Origin: Chitinophagales bacterium
Lineage (GTDB): Bacteria; Bacteroidota; Bacteroidia; Chitinophagales; Chitinophagaceae
DNA: 64,000 bases
Assembly (NCBI GenBank): GCA_020636495.1
Contig: JACJXQ010000009.1
Span: forward strand, 53,823-117,822
Direction: 5' to 3'
Below, in pieces: positions 54,970 to 64,000 of this stretch. Within the stretch, counting starts at the first letter, position 1. Every line of letters starts with the position of its first letter. The translations under genes were made by a program, and so were the position numbers. The notes below the pieces were generated by a model. The model was given only the letters and a program-made list of their open reading frames with translations, was not told where the DNA came from and made no database searches.

Positions 54970-55974
54970 TTATTCCAAAATGAAACTAACCGGCAACACA
55001 TAATATTCCCTTATCGGGCGATTGCGATACTTAGCCGGTTTCCATGCCGGCAACAATCCTATTACCCTAAGGCTTTCATCATCAAAGCACTTGTAACCAC
55101 TTCCTTTTGCAATTTCAGGACAGCAAATTTTACCGTCAGTGTTGATCGTAAATTTTACCATTACAACATGCCTGCCCCACAGACCTTTATCTTTAGCTTC
55201 ATCAGGCATTTTGCAATTTTTCGCTAAATATTCATAAGGATTGTAAGTAGGCCGGGGAGCAACCTGACCAGAATCACATTTTGACATTGTAATTTGCTCT
55301 CCATTCATGTCATAGCATGAGCAATCGGCCAACTTTCCACTATCATAATTGCCGGTAAAACTCACTTTACGGTTTTTATGATAATAAGTCCATACACTAT
55401 CTTTAATATGACCAGCGGCAAATTTGCCATATTCCGACACTGAGCTATCCTCATAATATGATGTCAAATATCCTGCTCCGGTGCCTTTCATATCATAATC
55501 ACCATATTGCACTAAGTGTCCCTCCTCATCCCAATAGAATGATTTATGAAAGGGCATTCCTGTAGATTTATACCTCGAAGAATCAGCTAACACACCATTT
55601 TTATAATATGCCCTGGATAATCCAACAGGGTTGTTTTGATAATAAGTATGTTCACTTGCTAATTTGCCATTATCGTAGTATTCATAGAACTTGCCATCTT
55701 TTACGGTCATGCTGTCATCCAGGTACATACCTTCTGATTGCAACGATTTTGAATCCGCATAAAAAATCTGCACATGCCACGCCCCCTGCTCTGTCTTTTT
55801 TGCGATCCTGTAATATGTAAAATCCGAGCTGTCAGGGTTTACTACTCTATAGCCTGTGATCTGGCCATTAGCATCAACGTTATTTAACAAGTACTGCCTG
55901 ACAGTATCTGTATATTGAGCGTCTGCGTTGTATGCGTATAGCGAAAAGGCTAACAGGAATAATAGTTTCTTCAT
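54970..55974 (-). CDS. secreted protein with MORN/YwqK-like repeats and a C-terminal TonB_C-like domain
   Basis: Signal peptide MKKLLFLLAFSLYAYNADAQ (ATG at 55974), repeated G.(F/Y)..YY.NG.L motifs, and a C-terminal GRHVVMVKFTINTDGKI...AWKPAKYRNRPI. Confidence 0.75.
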   Translation of the reverse strand: MKKLLFLLAFSLYAYNADAQYTDTVRQYLLNNVDANGQITGYRVVNPDSSDFTYYRIAKKTEQGAWHVQIFYADSKSLQSEGMYLDDSMTVKDGKFYEYYDNGKLASEHTYYQNNPVGLSRAYYKNGVLADSSRYKSTGMPFHKSFYWDEEGHLVQYGDYDMKGTGAGYLTSYYEDSSVSEYGKFAAGHIKDSVWTYYHKNRKVSFTGNYDSGKLADCSCYDMNGEQITMSKCDSGQVAPRPTYNPYEYLAKNCKMPDEAKDKGLWGRHVVMVKFTINTDGKICCPEIAKGSGYKCFDDESLRVIGLLPAWKPAKYRNRPIREYYVLPVSFILE

Positions 55975-56048
55975 GAGTTGAACTTGGATTCGGTGCAAAA
56001 AAACACAAAACTACCCGTCTTGCAAAACGCAGGGTACATACCACATGT

Positions 56049-56897
56049 CTACAACTCCCCCGAAGCAATGATCATCCAATCTTTTTTGGCGTTGCCTGCG
56101 GCTATCCATTTGTCCATTTGCTGAGCGGTGGCTGTGGTGCCGGGCACTTCCCTGCCACCCCTTGCGGCTTCTTCTATCATCAGGCGTGCGTCTTTGCGGG
56201 CCATCTGCAGTTCCCATGATGGCGTGTCGAACTGCCCGTTCAACACCCTCCTCAGCCTTTGCGGTGTTGAGGCTCCGGGGTTCCACTCGCTGAGCAGGGT
56301 GAATATGTCTTCGCCCGTTACGTCTACCGCTTTGGCCAGGGAAAGCATGTCTGATATGCCCGCTGTCAGCGCCAGTAAGAACTGGTTGCCTATCAGCTTT
56401 ACTCCTGCCGCCTTACCTGTAACATTGCCAAAGTTCAGCACTTTGCCCGTCATGGTCTCCAGCCAGGGCATGATCTTCTGTGCTATATCGCCATTATCAG
56501 ATATCAGCATATAGCCGGTACTGTCCAGTGCGTTGGACGGCCCCATAAATACAGGTACGTGTACATAAGTATGCCCTTTTGCCGCCCACTGCACGGTACG
56601 TTCGATGGCACCTTCTACCGTAGTGGTTGTATGGTCGATTATTATGCTGCCCGGCTCCAGGTTGGCTTCTGCCAGGGCCAGTACTTCGTTCACAGCATCA
56701 TCATCAGACACCACAATGTGCACCCTGTGTACTCCTTTCACCGCCTCACCGGGGCTATCAAACACCTTAGCACCATGTTCTTCCAGTGCTTTCGCTTTTT
56801 CTATGGTCCTGTTCCATACATGCACGGTCTCTCCTTTTGCCAGAAGCGCCCTCGTGAAATTACCTCCTAAATGTCCTGTTCCTAAAAATGCTATCAT
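56049..56897 (-). CDS. NAD(P)-dependent oxidoreductase (beta-hydroxyacid dehydrogenase-like)
   Basis: MIAFLGTGHLGGNF dinucleotide-binding N-terminus and typical length (282 aa). Confidence 0.85.
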   Translation of the reverse strand: MIAFLGTGHLGGNFTRALLAKGETVHVWNRTIEKAKALEEHGAKVFDSPGEAVKGVHRVHIVVSDDDAVNEVLALAEANLEPGSIIIDHTTTTVEGAIERTVQWAAKGHTYVHVPVFMGPSNALDSTGYMLISDNGDIAQKIMPWLETMTGKVLNFGNVTGKAAGVKLIGNQFLLALTAGISDMLSLAKAVDVTGEDIFTLLSEWNPGASTPQRLRRVLNGQFDTPSWELQMARKDARLMIEEAARGGREVPGTTATAQQMDKWIAAGNAKKDWMIIASGEL

Positions 56898-57073
56898 AGT
56901 CTGTGTTTTATACTTCTAAAATTAGCATTTTACCCCGGCAAGAACGTATATACTAACAAGGCATGTATCTTTGCCGGCACCGCAATAAAAAAGCCAAACA
57001 AAGATTAAACCAAAGGCATGCCGGACAGTCTATGTTGTGTGTGCAACAAAATGCATAGTATATCTATACAATA

Positions 57074-59920
57074 ATGAGCTTCAACTACTTAGTTAAATTA
57101 CACATATACATATTTCTTTTCGCTTGTGTCGGCTTTATGCAAACGGCTGATGCACAGTTATATACCATAAAAGGGCGTGTGCTGGATGGGAAAGACAAGT
57201 CGCCTATGGTAGGGGTGACCGTGAAAACCACGCTGCAGGACAAAGACAAAGCAGCCATAACGGATATAGATGGTCATTATACCATTGCAGACCTGCCACG
57301 CGGGCAATACAAAATAAGCTACAGGTACCTTGGCTACCGGGAGGTAACAAAGACCATAGAAGTGACCAATAAAGATGTTACTGTAGACGACTTACAAATG
57401 AGTACGGACAAGAACCAGCTGAAAGAAGTAGTGGTGAAAGACGTACGTGCAAGGGCCGAAATAAAAGGAGATACCGTACAGTTTAACGCAGACGCTTTCA
57501 AGACCAACCCCGATGCTACTGCTGAAGACCTGGTGAAGAAAATGCCCGGTGTGGTAGTGGGCCCCAATGGCGTGCAGGTAAACGGGGAAACGGTAAAAAA
57601 GGTATTGGTAGACGGTAAAGAATTCTTTGGCAGCGACCCTAACGCAGCGATGAAGAACCTGCCCGCAGATATCATCAGCAAGGTGCAGGTGTTTGACAAC
57701 ATGAGCGACCAGGCAAGCTTTACAGGTTTTTCGGATGGGACTACCGATGCGGCGCTGAACTTTATTACCAAAGACGGTATGGCCAAAGGGCAGTTTGGCA
57801 GGGCATACGTAGGATATGGTACGAACCAGCGATATAATGCGGGATTGTCGCTGAACTTTTTCAATGATGATCAGCGTATCTCTATCCTAGGCATGTCTAA
57901 CAACATCAATCAACAGAACTTCAGTACAAGTGACGTAATGGGGCTGATGGGCAGTGGTGGGCCGAGGCGCGGACCAGGGGGTGGCGGCAACAGCGGCGGC
58001 CTGGATGTACGCAGCTTAGTGAATGGAGGAACCAGCAATGGTAATACCACCACAAATGCAGGAGGCATCAACTATACTGACCAGTTAGGCAAAAAAGTAA
58101 AACTGACAGGTAGTTATTTTTTCAACTCGACAGATAATGTGAATGAGGCAAGCATTGTGCGTAACTATTTTACAGCCGACCAATTGCTGTATAATGAAAA
58201 GAGCCTGACAGAAACAAAGAATATCAACCACAGGGCCAGCCTGCGTGTTGAATACGCAATTGACAATAAGAACTCTATTATATACACGCCTACCTTCACC
58301 ACACAACAAAATAAATACAGCACCTCGCTGAATGGTGTATATAATACTACCAGCGATGGCCTGACCAGCAGTACGCAGAACAACCAGTATTCTGATAATA
58401 CCAGCTACAATATCAACAACAACCTGTTGCTGAGGCACAAGTTCAACAAACGCGGCAGGACCTTATCGCTGGATCTGTCGTCGAAAAACACCACACAGGA
58501 TGGTACGGGCAACTACTATTCGCTGACTGAATATAAAAGCCAGGTAGGTAATAAACTGCTGGACCAGGAATATACTAACAACAACAACGTGAACAGCTAT
58601 TCGGCCAACCTGACCTATACAGAGCCTGTGGGCAAAAAGGGGCAGGTGATGATCAGCTACAATCCATCAATACAAAAAAGTGTAGCGGATAAGACAACCA
58701 ATGATAAAGACAGTGTGACGGGGGACTACACACAACTGAACAAGATACTATCCAACAAATACAACAACAACTATACTACACAAAGGGGCGGAGCCACCTA
58801 CAGGGTGAACGTGGGCAAAACCAGCTACTCGATAGGTGCGGACGTGCAATCGGCCGACCTGCAGGGAGAACTGATATACCCATCGGCAGGGCAGGTGGAC
58901 AGGAACTTTCTGAATGTATTGCCTACGGCTATGTTCACATACAGGAAAAGCAAAGAGCAATCGCTGCGTGTGATGTATCGTACCAACACCAACGCACCGG
59001 CTATTACCGACCTGCAAAACGTGGTGGACTATTCTAACCCATTATTACTGAGCACAGGTAACCCCAACCTTAACCAGAGTTACGATCACAACCTGATGAT
59101 ATTTTACCGTACGGTGGACACTAAAACATCGAGGACCTTCTTCAGTATGGCCAGGGGTAAGTATACCAGCAACTATATCTCATCTCAGACCATCATACCT
59201 ACTGCTGACACTATCATCAATAACGTACAGGTGAACAAGGGCAGCCAGATGGTGATGCCGGTGAATATGAACGGCTATTACAGCCTGAATACTTTTATGG
59301 TATATGGTACGCCCATATCATTGCTTAAATCAAATATTAACCTGAGTGGTGGTGTGAACTATACACGTACGCCTACTATCATCAACGACCAGGAAAACAT
59401 ATCAAATAATACCGCCTTCAGCCTGAGGACCTACCTGGGCAGTAACATCAGCGAGAAAGCAGATTTCAACCTGAGCTATTCCGGCACCTACAACATAGTG
59501 AAGAATAGTTTGCAAAAACAATCGGACAATAACTACTTCACACACACGGCCAGCGCCAACGTGAACTTTATACTCGGCAACAGGATAGTACTGAACAGCA
59601 GCTACAACTATACTGTTTACGCCGGGCTGACAGATAGCTACAACCAGGGATACCAGTTATGGAATGCGTACGTCGGTTACAAATTCCTGAAACAAAAGCA
59701 ACTGGAAGCCAAGCTATCTGTTTTCGACATACTGAAACAGAACACCAACATCAGCCGTACCGTGAACGCTACCTATACACAGGACAACCAAAGCACTGTA
59801 CTGCAACGCTACTTCATGGTGACGCTGACATATACTCTAAAGAACTTTGTGAAAGGCGAAATGCCTGTCGACAACAGGCCACCGGGTATGCCTATGCATC
59901 CACCACATCGCAGGGACTAA
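57074..59920 (+). CDS. large outer-membrane beta-barrel protein, TonB-dependent-receptor-like (CarboxypepD_reg N-terminus)
   Basis: Signal peptide, the IKGRVLDGKDKSPMVGVTV carboxypeptidase-regulatory-like domain, a plug-like segment (DLVKKMPGVVV...VLVDGKEFFG), and a long Asn/Tyr/Thr-rich barrel. Confidence 0.85.
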   Translation: MSFNYLVKLHIYIFLFACVGFMQTADAQLYTIKGRVLDGKDKSPMVGVTVKTTLQDKDKAAITDIDGHYTIADLPRGQYKISYRYLGYREVTKTIEVTNKDVTVDDLQMSTDKNQLKEVVVKDVRARAEIKGDTVQFNADAFKTNPDATAEDLVKKMPGVVVGPNGVQVNGETVKKVLVDGKEFFGSDPNAAMKNLPADIISKVQVFDNMSDQASFTGFSDGTTDAALNFITKDGMAKGQFGRAYVGYGTNQRYNAGLSLNFFNDDQRISILGMSNNINQQNFSTSDVMGLMGSGGPRRGPGGGGNSGGLDVRSLVNGGTSNGNTTTNAGGINYTDQLGKKVKLTGSYFFNSTDNVNEASIVRNYFTADQLLYNEKSLTETKNINHRASLRVEYAIDNKNSIIYTPTFTTQQNKYSTSLNGVYNTTSDGLTSSTQNNQYSDNTSYNINNNLLLRHKFNKRGRTLSLDLSSKNTTQDGTGNYYSLTEYKSQVGNKLLDQEYTNNNNVNSYSANLTYTEPVGKKGQVMISYNPSIQKSVADKTTNDKDSVTGDYTQLNKILSNKYNNNYTTQRGGATYRVNVGKTSYSIGADVQSADLQGELIYPSAGQVDRNFLNVLPTAMFTYRKSKEQSLRVMYRTNTNAPAITDLQNVVDYSNPLLLSTGNPNLNQSYDHNLMIFYRTVDTKTSRTFFSMARGKYTSNYISSQTIIPTADTIINNVQVNKGSQMVMPVNMNGYYSLNTFMVYGTPISLLKSNINLSGGVNYTRTPTIINDQENISNNTAFSLRTYLGSNISEKADFNLSYSGTYNIVKNSLQKQSDNNYFTHTASANVNFILGNRIVLNSSYNYTVYAGLTDSYNQGYQLWNAYVGYKFLKQKQLEAKLSVFDILKQNTNISRTVNATYTQDNQSTVLQRYFMVTLTYTLKNFVKGEMPVDNRPPGMPMHPPHRRD

Positions 59921-59980
59921 AACTGTATTTTTTCAACAACATAATAAGGAGGGTTTTTTGCCTTCCTTTCTTTTTAAAAT

Positions 59981-60006
59981 AAACTTTCAGAAAATTTTGA
60001 AAGTTT
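59981..60006. promoter_or_regulatory. near-perfect 26-bp palindrome upstream of the tandem membrane-protein genes
   Basis: AAACTTTCA-GAAAATTT-TGAAAGTTT. The 9-bp arms are perfect and the centre AAAATTTT is also self-complementary. Confidence 0.3.
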
Positions 60007-60079
60007 AAAACATTCATCTTACCTTTATGTTGAGCAAAGGAAATAAGGGAGATCATAAAGAACTAAAAGTTTTCTGATC

Positions 60080-60442
60080 ATGAACTACAATATCCCCGCA
60101 TACGGAATCTACCTGGCCATCATGGTGTTCATCATTGTCTATGTCGGCAGATTGTTTCACAAGAACGGGAGGGTGTTCATTCTTAACCTTTTTAACGGCC
60201 ACACCGCACAAACCGATAACCTGAACAATATCCTGCTGCTGGCGTATTACCTCTTCAACATCGGGTATGCATTTGTGAAGCTGAGTTTCTGGACCGAAGT
60301 GACCAACATTGATATACTGGTATCGAGTTTGGGAACCAACATAGGAGTGCTGACACTGATACTGGCAGTGACCCACTACTTCAACATGCTGCTTATCTAC
60401 TACTTATCAAAAAGACAATCTTTATCATTCACACATAAATAG
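60080..60442 (+). CDS. hypothetical 3-TM membrane protein (paralog A)
   Basis: 120 aa. It aligns with the next ORF at (L/V)F.KNG.VF...FNG...(F/L)NIGYAF / LNLGFAL. Confidence 0.6.
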   Translation: MNYNIPAYGIYLAIMVFIIVYVGRLFHKNGRVFILNLFNGHTAQTDNLNNILLLAYYLFNIGYAFVKLSFWTEVTNIDILVSSLGTNIGVLTLILAVTHYFNMLLIYYLSKRQSLSFTHK

Positions 60443-60450
60443 TTTCAATC

Positions 60451-60861
60451 ATGGCTAATCAATTTGTTGTAACCGCTTATTTCATATATCTGCCCATTGT
60501 TTTAGTACTGACATGGTACGTGGCTTATACACTGTTCAAAAACGGGCTGGTCTTTATGCGCGATATATTCAACGGCCGCGAGGAAATAGCCGTTGCTACC
60601 AACAGCCTGTTCAAAATAGGGTTCTACCTGTTGAACCTGGGCTTTGCCTTGTACATACTGAAAATACACAACTACTTAGATGACACACAAAGCACTATCG
60701 AAGCCCTGAGTTATAAAATAGGCGGCTTCAGCATTTACCTGGGTATTATGTTGTTCTTCAACCTCTATATGTTCTTCAGAGGCAAAAGGGTAGCCAAACA
60801 AAGGCGCATGGATATGCAGATCATGCAGGCACGTATGGGAGGCAGGAATAACGAAGAGTAG
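60451..60861 (+). CDS. hypothetical 3-TM membrane protein (paralog B)
   Basis: 136 aa, a tandem paralog of 60080-60442, with a basic C-terminal tail. Confidence 0.6.
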   Translation: MANQFVVTAYFIYLPIVLVLTWYVAYTLFKNGLVFMRDIFNGREEIAVATNSLFKIGFYLLNLGFALYILKIHNYLDDTQSTIEALSYKIGGFSIYLGIMLFFNLYMFFRGKRVAKQRRMDMQIMQARMGGRNNEE

Positions 60862-60891
60862 TTAATAGTTGTTTCATTAATTGTTGCACAG

Positions 60892-60925
60892 GCGTCGCCC
60901 TTCCGGGTGGCGCTTGTTGCTTTTT
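60892..60925 (+). terminator. putative rho-independent terminator
   Basis: GCGTCGCCC-TTCC-GGGTGGCGC stem (two G-U pairs) followed by TTGTTGCTTTTT. Confidence 0.6.
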
Positions 60926-60983
60926 GAGTGTGCTATAACTATCCTCTTTCTTCCTTTATTATTACCTTCATCCTGTTATTACA

Positions 60984-61574
60984 ATGAGACTACTCATCCT
61001 GGCCATATTACTATTTGCGGGTTGCAACCGCGACCACCGAGACATTGGCATGTTGGGCGACTCTCATATGAAACACGGGCAATGGGACAGCCTGGGTGTA
61101 CATGCGTATAATTTTGGCGTTGGCGGAGAAAAGATAGCTGGTGTTATAAAACAGGCAGACAGGGTGAGGATGTATAAACCTACTACCTGTTTTATAGAGT
61201 GCAGTGCAAATGACATTCACTGGGATTCAGGTTATGCACAAATAACAAGAGATTACAGGCGACTGATAGATACCATGAGCCTTTTATGTAGCCCGATAGC
61301 AGTGAAAGTGCCCTATGTAGGTAAAGATTATCCCCGCTCCGATACCTTCAACATGATGGTGGCTCGTGTAAATACATACATCGACAGCCTTGGTATTCCT
61401 ACTATAGACCTGAACAGGCTTGTTTCTGCCGATGGCTATATGAAACAGGAATATGTTATGCCGGACGGTATCCATATGAACGAGGAAGGTTACAAGCTAT
61501 TCGCACAATCAGTAAAATGCTGGCTGTATCGCCGAGAAATGGACAAATGGTACAACCGCTTGCTGCTTTGGTAA
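60984..61574 (+). CDS. SGNH/GDSL-type hydrolase lipoprotein
   Basis: Lipobox LFAGC, block I GDSH, and block V DGIHMNEEGY. Confidence 0.8.
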   Translation: MRLLILAILLFAGCNRDHRDIGMLGDSHMKHGQWDSLGVHAYNFGVGGEKIAGVIKQADRVRMYKPTTCFIECSANDIHWDSGYAQITRDYRRLIDTMSLLCSPIAVKVPYVGKDYPRSDTFNMMVARVNTYIDSLGIPTIDLNRLVSADGYMKQEYVMPDGIHMNEEGYKLFAQSVKCWLYRREMDKWYNRLLLW

Positions 61575-61658
61575 TTGTGGTGACACTCATTAATTTAATA
61601 ACAATACGAACATTCTCCCGCTCAAAATCTATCGCTCTGTTAAGATTTAAGCAACTAC

Positions 61659-61680
61659 AGCCCATACTCGGGGCTTTTTT
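61659..61680 (+). terminator. rho-independent terminator
   Basis: AGCCC-ATACTCG-GGGCT followed by a T6 run. Confidence 0.7.
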
Positions 61681-61714
61681 AGTAATTTGTAGTACTTAAA
61701 AACGACAGGACATA

Positions 61715-64000
61715 ATGAACAGGGCTATAAGGAAAGTAGCGGTAATAGGTAGTGGTGTAATGGGCAGCCGTATCGCAGCACATTTTGCAGGCATAGGCGT
61801 CGAGGTATTATTGCTGGACATCGTTCCACGCGAATTATCGGAACAGGACAAGGCAAAAGGAATTACTACAGACAATCCCGCATGGCGCAACAGTATTGTG
61901 AACAGTGCTTTGCAGGCTACACTCAAGGCTAACCCAAGTGCCGTGTACACAAAAGACGTAGCTAAAAACATCACCACGGGCAACATTGAAGACGACCTGC
62001 ACAAAATAAAAGACTGTGATTGGATCATGGAGGCCGTAATAGAGCGGCTGGATATAAAACAAAACGTTTTTGCAAAAATAGAAGAGCACCGCAAACCGGG
62101 CACACTCATTACCACTAATACTTCGGGTATTCCAATACACCTGATGAGTGAAGGCAGGAGTGAGGATTTCCGTAAGCATTTTTGCGGCACACACTTTTTC
62201 AATCCACCACGCTACCTAAGGTTGCTGGAAATAATACCCGCACCGGATACTCAACAAGACATCATAGATTTCCTTGTCGATTACGGCAGTCGTTTCCTCG
62301 GCAAGACAACCGTGTTGTGTAAAGACACTCCTGCTTTCATAGCCAACCGTGTGGGCGTGTTTGGCTTTATGGCTGTGTTTCATGCCATGCAGCAACTGGG
62401 CCTGAATATTGATGAGACAGACTCGCTGACGGGCACTATCATGGGCAGGCCTAAATCGGCTACCTTTCGTACAGGTGATGTAGTGGGACTAGACACGCTG
62501 GTGCATGTGGCCAAAGCACTACCGGAGAATGTACCCAACGACGAAGCGAAAGACATTTTCAAGATACCTGCCTTCATCGAGAAGATGATAGAGAACAAAT
62601 GGCTGGGGGATAAAACAGGACAGGGTTTTTATAAAAAGGTAAAAGGTGCAGGTGGAAAAAGCGAGATACTGACACTGAACCTTGAAACGATGGACTATGT
62701 CCCCAAGCAAAAAGCGAAGTTCGCTACGCTGGAAGTGGCTAAACCTATAGATGACCTGAAACAGCGGTTAAAAGCATTATATACCGGTCAAGACAAGGCG
62801 GGTGAGTTCTACCGTATGTTCCACCATATGCTGTTTGCTTATGCCAGCAACCGCATACCTGAAATAGCAGACGAGTTATACAAAATAGATGATGCACTAA
62901 AAGCAGGTTTTGGGTGGGAGATAGGTGCTTTTGAAAGCTGGGACTCACTTGGCGTAAAAAAAGTACTGGAGCATATGGACAAAGCGGGCATCAAAGCCGC
63001 ACCATGGGTTCAGGAAATGCTGGATGCGGGTATAAATAATTTTTACAAAACAGAAAACGGGCAGCGTATGTATTATGACATACCTGCTAAAGCATACAAA
63101 GCCATACCTGGTAGTGGTTCAGTGATCATACTGGAGCACATGGATGATAAAGTAGTATGGCAAAACAGTGCTTGTAAACTGGTGGACATAGGCGATGATG
63201 TGGTGGCATTAAGCTGGAACACAAAAATGAACAGCATAGGTGGCGAAGTATTAGCCGGTGTACAAAAAGCGGTAAGTATAGCCGAAGAAAAATATAAAGG
63301 ATTAGTTATAGCCAACAGCGGTGCCAACTTCAGTGCAGGTGCTAATGTAGGCTTGATATTCATGTTTGCCGTAGAGCAGGAATATGATGAACTGGACATG
63401 GCTGTTCGCCAATTCCAGAACACAACCATGCGATTGCGTTACAGCAGCATACCGGTAGCTGTGGCTCCTCATGGCATGGCGCTGGGTGGTGGTTGCGAAA
63501 TGTGCCTGCATGCCGACGCGGTACAGGCTGCGGCAGAAAGCTATATAGGACTGGTAGAAATGGGTGTAGGCCTGATACCCGGTGGTGGCGGCACCAAAGA
63601 AATGGTAGTACGCGCATCGGACAGGAACATAAAAGAGGATATAGAACTGAACTACCTGCAACAACTGTTCATCAACATAGGTACAGCCAAAGTGGCTACC
63701 TCTGCACACGAAGCATTCGAAATGTCGATACTGCGTAAGGGAACAGACGGCATATCCATTAATCCTGACAGGCGTGTTACTGATGCGAAAAGAAAGATAT
63801 TATCGCTGTGGGAACAAGGGTACACACAACCAGTTTTACGTCACGACATAAAGGTACAGGGCCGCGGCGGATTAGGTCCGTTGATGGCAGGCATACACGG
63901 TATGTGGCGTGGTAACTACATCAGCGATTATGATAAATTTATTGCCGAAAAGCTGGCGTATGTCATGTGCGGTGGCGACCTCTCTCAACCTACCTTAGTG
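61715..64000 (+). CDS. 3-hydroxyacyl-CoA dehydrogenase / enoyl-CoA hydratase family protein (FadB-like); 3' end beyond the window
   Basis: This ORF is not in the ORF track because it has no stop within the window. My own translation from the ATG at 61715 reads MNRAIRKVAVIGSGVMGSRIAAHFA...CGTHFFNPPRYLRLLEII...FIANRVG... and stays open to base 64000. The crotonase-like part is downstream (GLVIANSGANFSAGANV). Confidence 0.9.
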   Translation, partial: MNRAIRKVAVIGSGVMGSRIAAHFAGIGVEVLLLDIVPRELSEQDKAKGITTDNPAWRNSIVNSALQATLKANPSAVYTKDVAKNITTGNIEDDLHKIKDCDWIMEAVIERLDIKQNVFAKIEEHRKPGTLITTNTSGIPIHLMSEGRSEDFRKHFCGTHFFNPPRYLRLLEIIPAPDTQQDIIDFLVDYGSRFLGKTTVLCKDTPAFIANRVGVFGFMAVFHAMQQLGLNIDETDSLTGTIMGRPKSATFRTGDVVGLDTLVHVAKALPENVPNDEAKDIFKIPAFIEKMIENKWLGDKTGQGFYKKVKGAGGKSEILTLNLETMDYVPKQKAKFATLEVAKPIDDLKQRLKALYTGQDKAGEFYRMFHHMLFAYASNRIPEIADELYKIDDALKAGFGWEIGAFESWDSLGVKKVLEHMDKAGIKAAPWVQEMLDAGINNFYKTENGQRMYYDIPAKAYKAIPGSGSVIILEHMDDKVVWQNSACKLVDIGDDVVALSWNTKMNSIGGEVLAGVQKAVSIAEEKYKGLVIANSGANFSAGANVGLIFMFAVEQEYDELDMAVRQFQNTTMRLRYSSIPVAVAPHGMALGGGCEMCLHADAVQAAAESYIGLVEMGVGLIPGGGGTKEMVVRASDRNIKEDIELNYLQQLFINIGTAKVATSAHEAFEMSILRKGTDGISINPDRRVTDAKRKILSLWEQGYTQPVLRHDIKVQGRGGLGPLMAGIHGMWRGNYISDYDKFIAEKLAYVMCGGDLSQPTLV

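Noticed and set aside
56898-57073. A riboswitch upstream of the TonB-dependent-receptor-like barrel, for example a cobalamin riboswitch.
   Set aside because: Only one imperfect hairpin is present (CCGGCAAGA...TCTTTGCCGG). I recognised no B12-box or other conserved riboswitch core.
60881-61111. A 76-aa plus-strand ORF between the membrane-protein pair and the SGNH hydrolase gene.
   Set aside because: It starts inside the terminator hairpin, overlaps the SGNH hydrolase start out of frame, and has an implausible composition.

Overview
This 64-kb window looks like a Bacteroidota chromosome, probably Chitinophagaceae or Sphingobacteriia-like. That placement is an inference from T9SS C-terminal sorting domains, a GldE-like protein, BshC, a Rho with a long disordered insertion, and CarboxypepD_reg-type outer-membrane receptors. 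Most of it is densely packed housekeeping genes: mutY, ssb, asd, rpiB, tatC, rsmI, purS, pssA, bshC, radC, folC, lpxB, aroE, a DAHP synthase/chorismate mutase, truB, rho, pheS and a fadB-like gene. I saw no transposase, integrase, CRISPR array or rRNA. One canonical tRNA is present, tRNA-Ala(GGC) on the minus strand. Five things stand out. (1) A divergent WYL-regulator/rtcB pair is followed by two tandem, circularly permuted tRNA-like modules (a YrlA-like tRNA mimic), with no Ro gene in view. (2) An ECF sigma factor sits with an anti-sigma factor fused to a trypsin-like protease, plus three copies of GGTTACCTTTT-N11-TAT(T/A)AA in front of the sigma gene and two paralogous acidic mini-lipoproteins. 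(3) The 728-bp pheS upstream region is full of repeats: a GC-rich hairpin module between 12-bp direct repeats, and a 48-bp x3 tandem array between 12-bp inverted repeats. (4) A visibly AT-rich gene is bracketed by three copies of a ~50-bp hairpin repeat and has a T11G10 tract upstream. (5) There are several operator-like palindromes and phased repeats. Everything was read by eye from the sequence and the ORF track. No database search was run, so family names are recognition-based.
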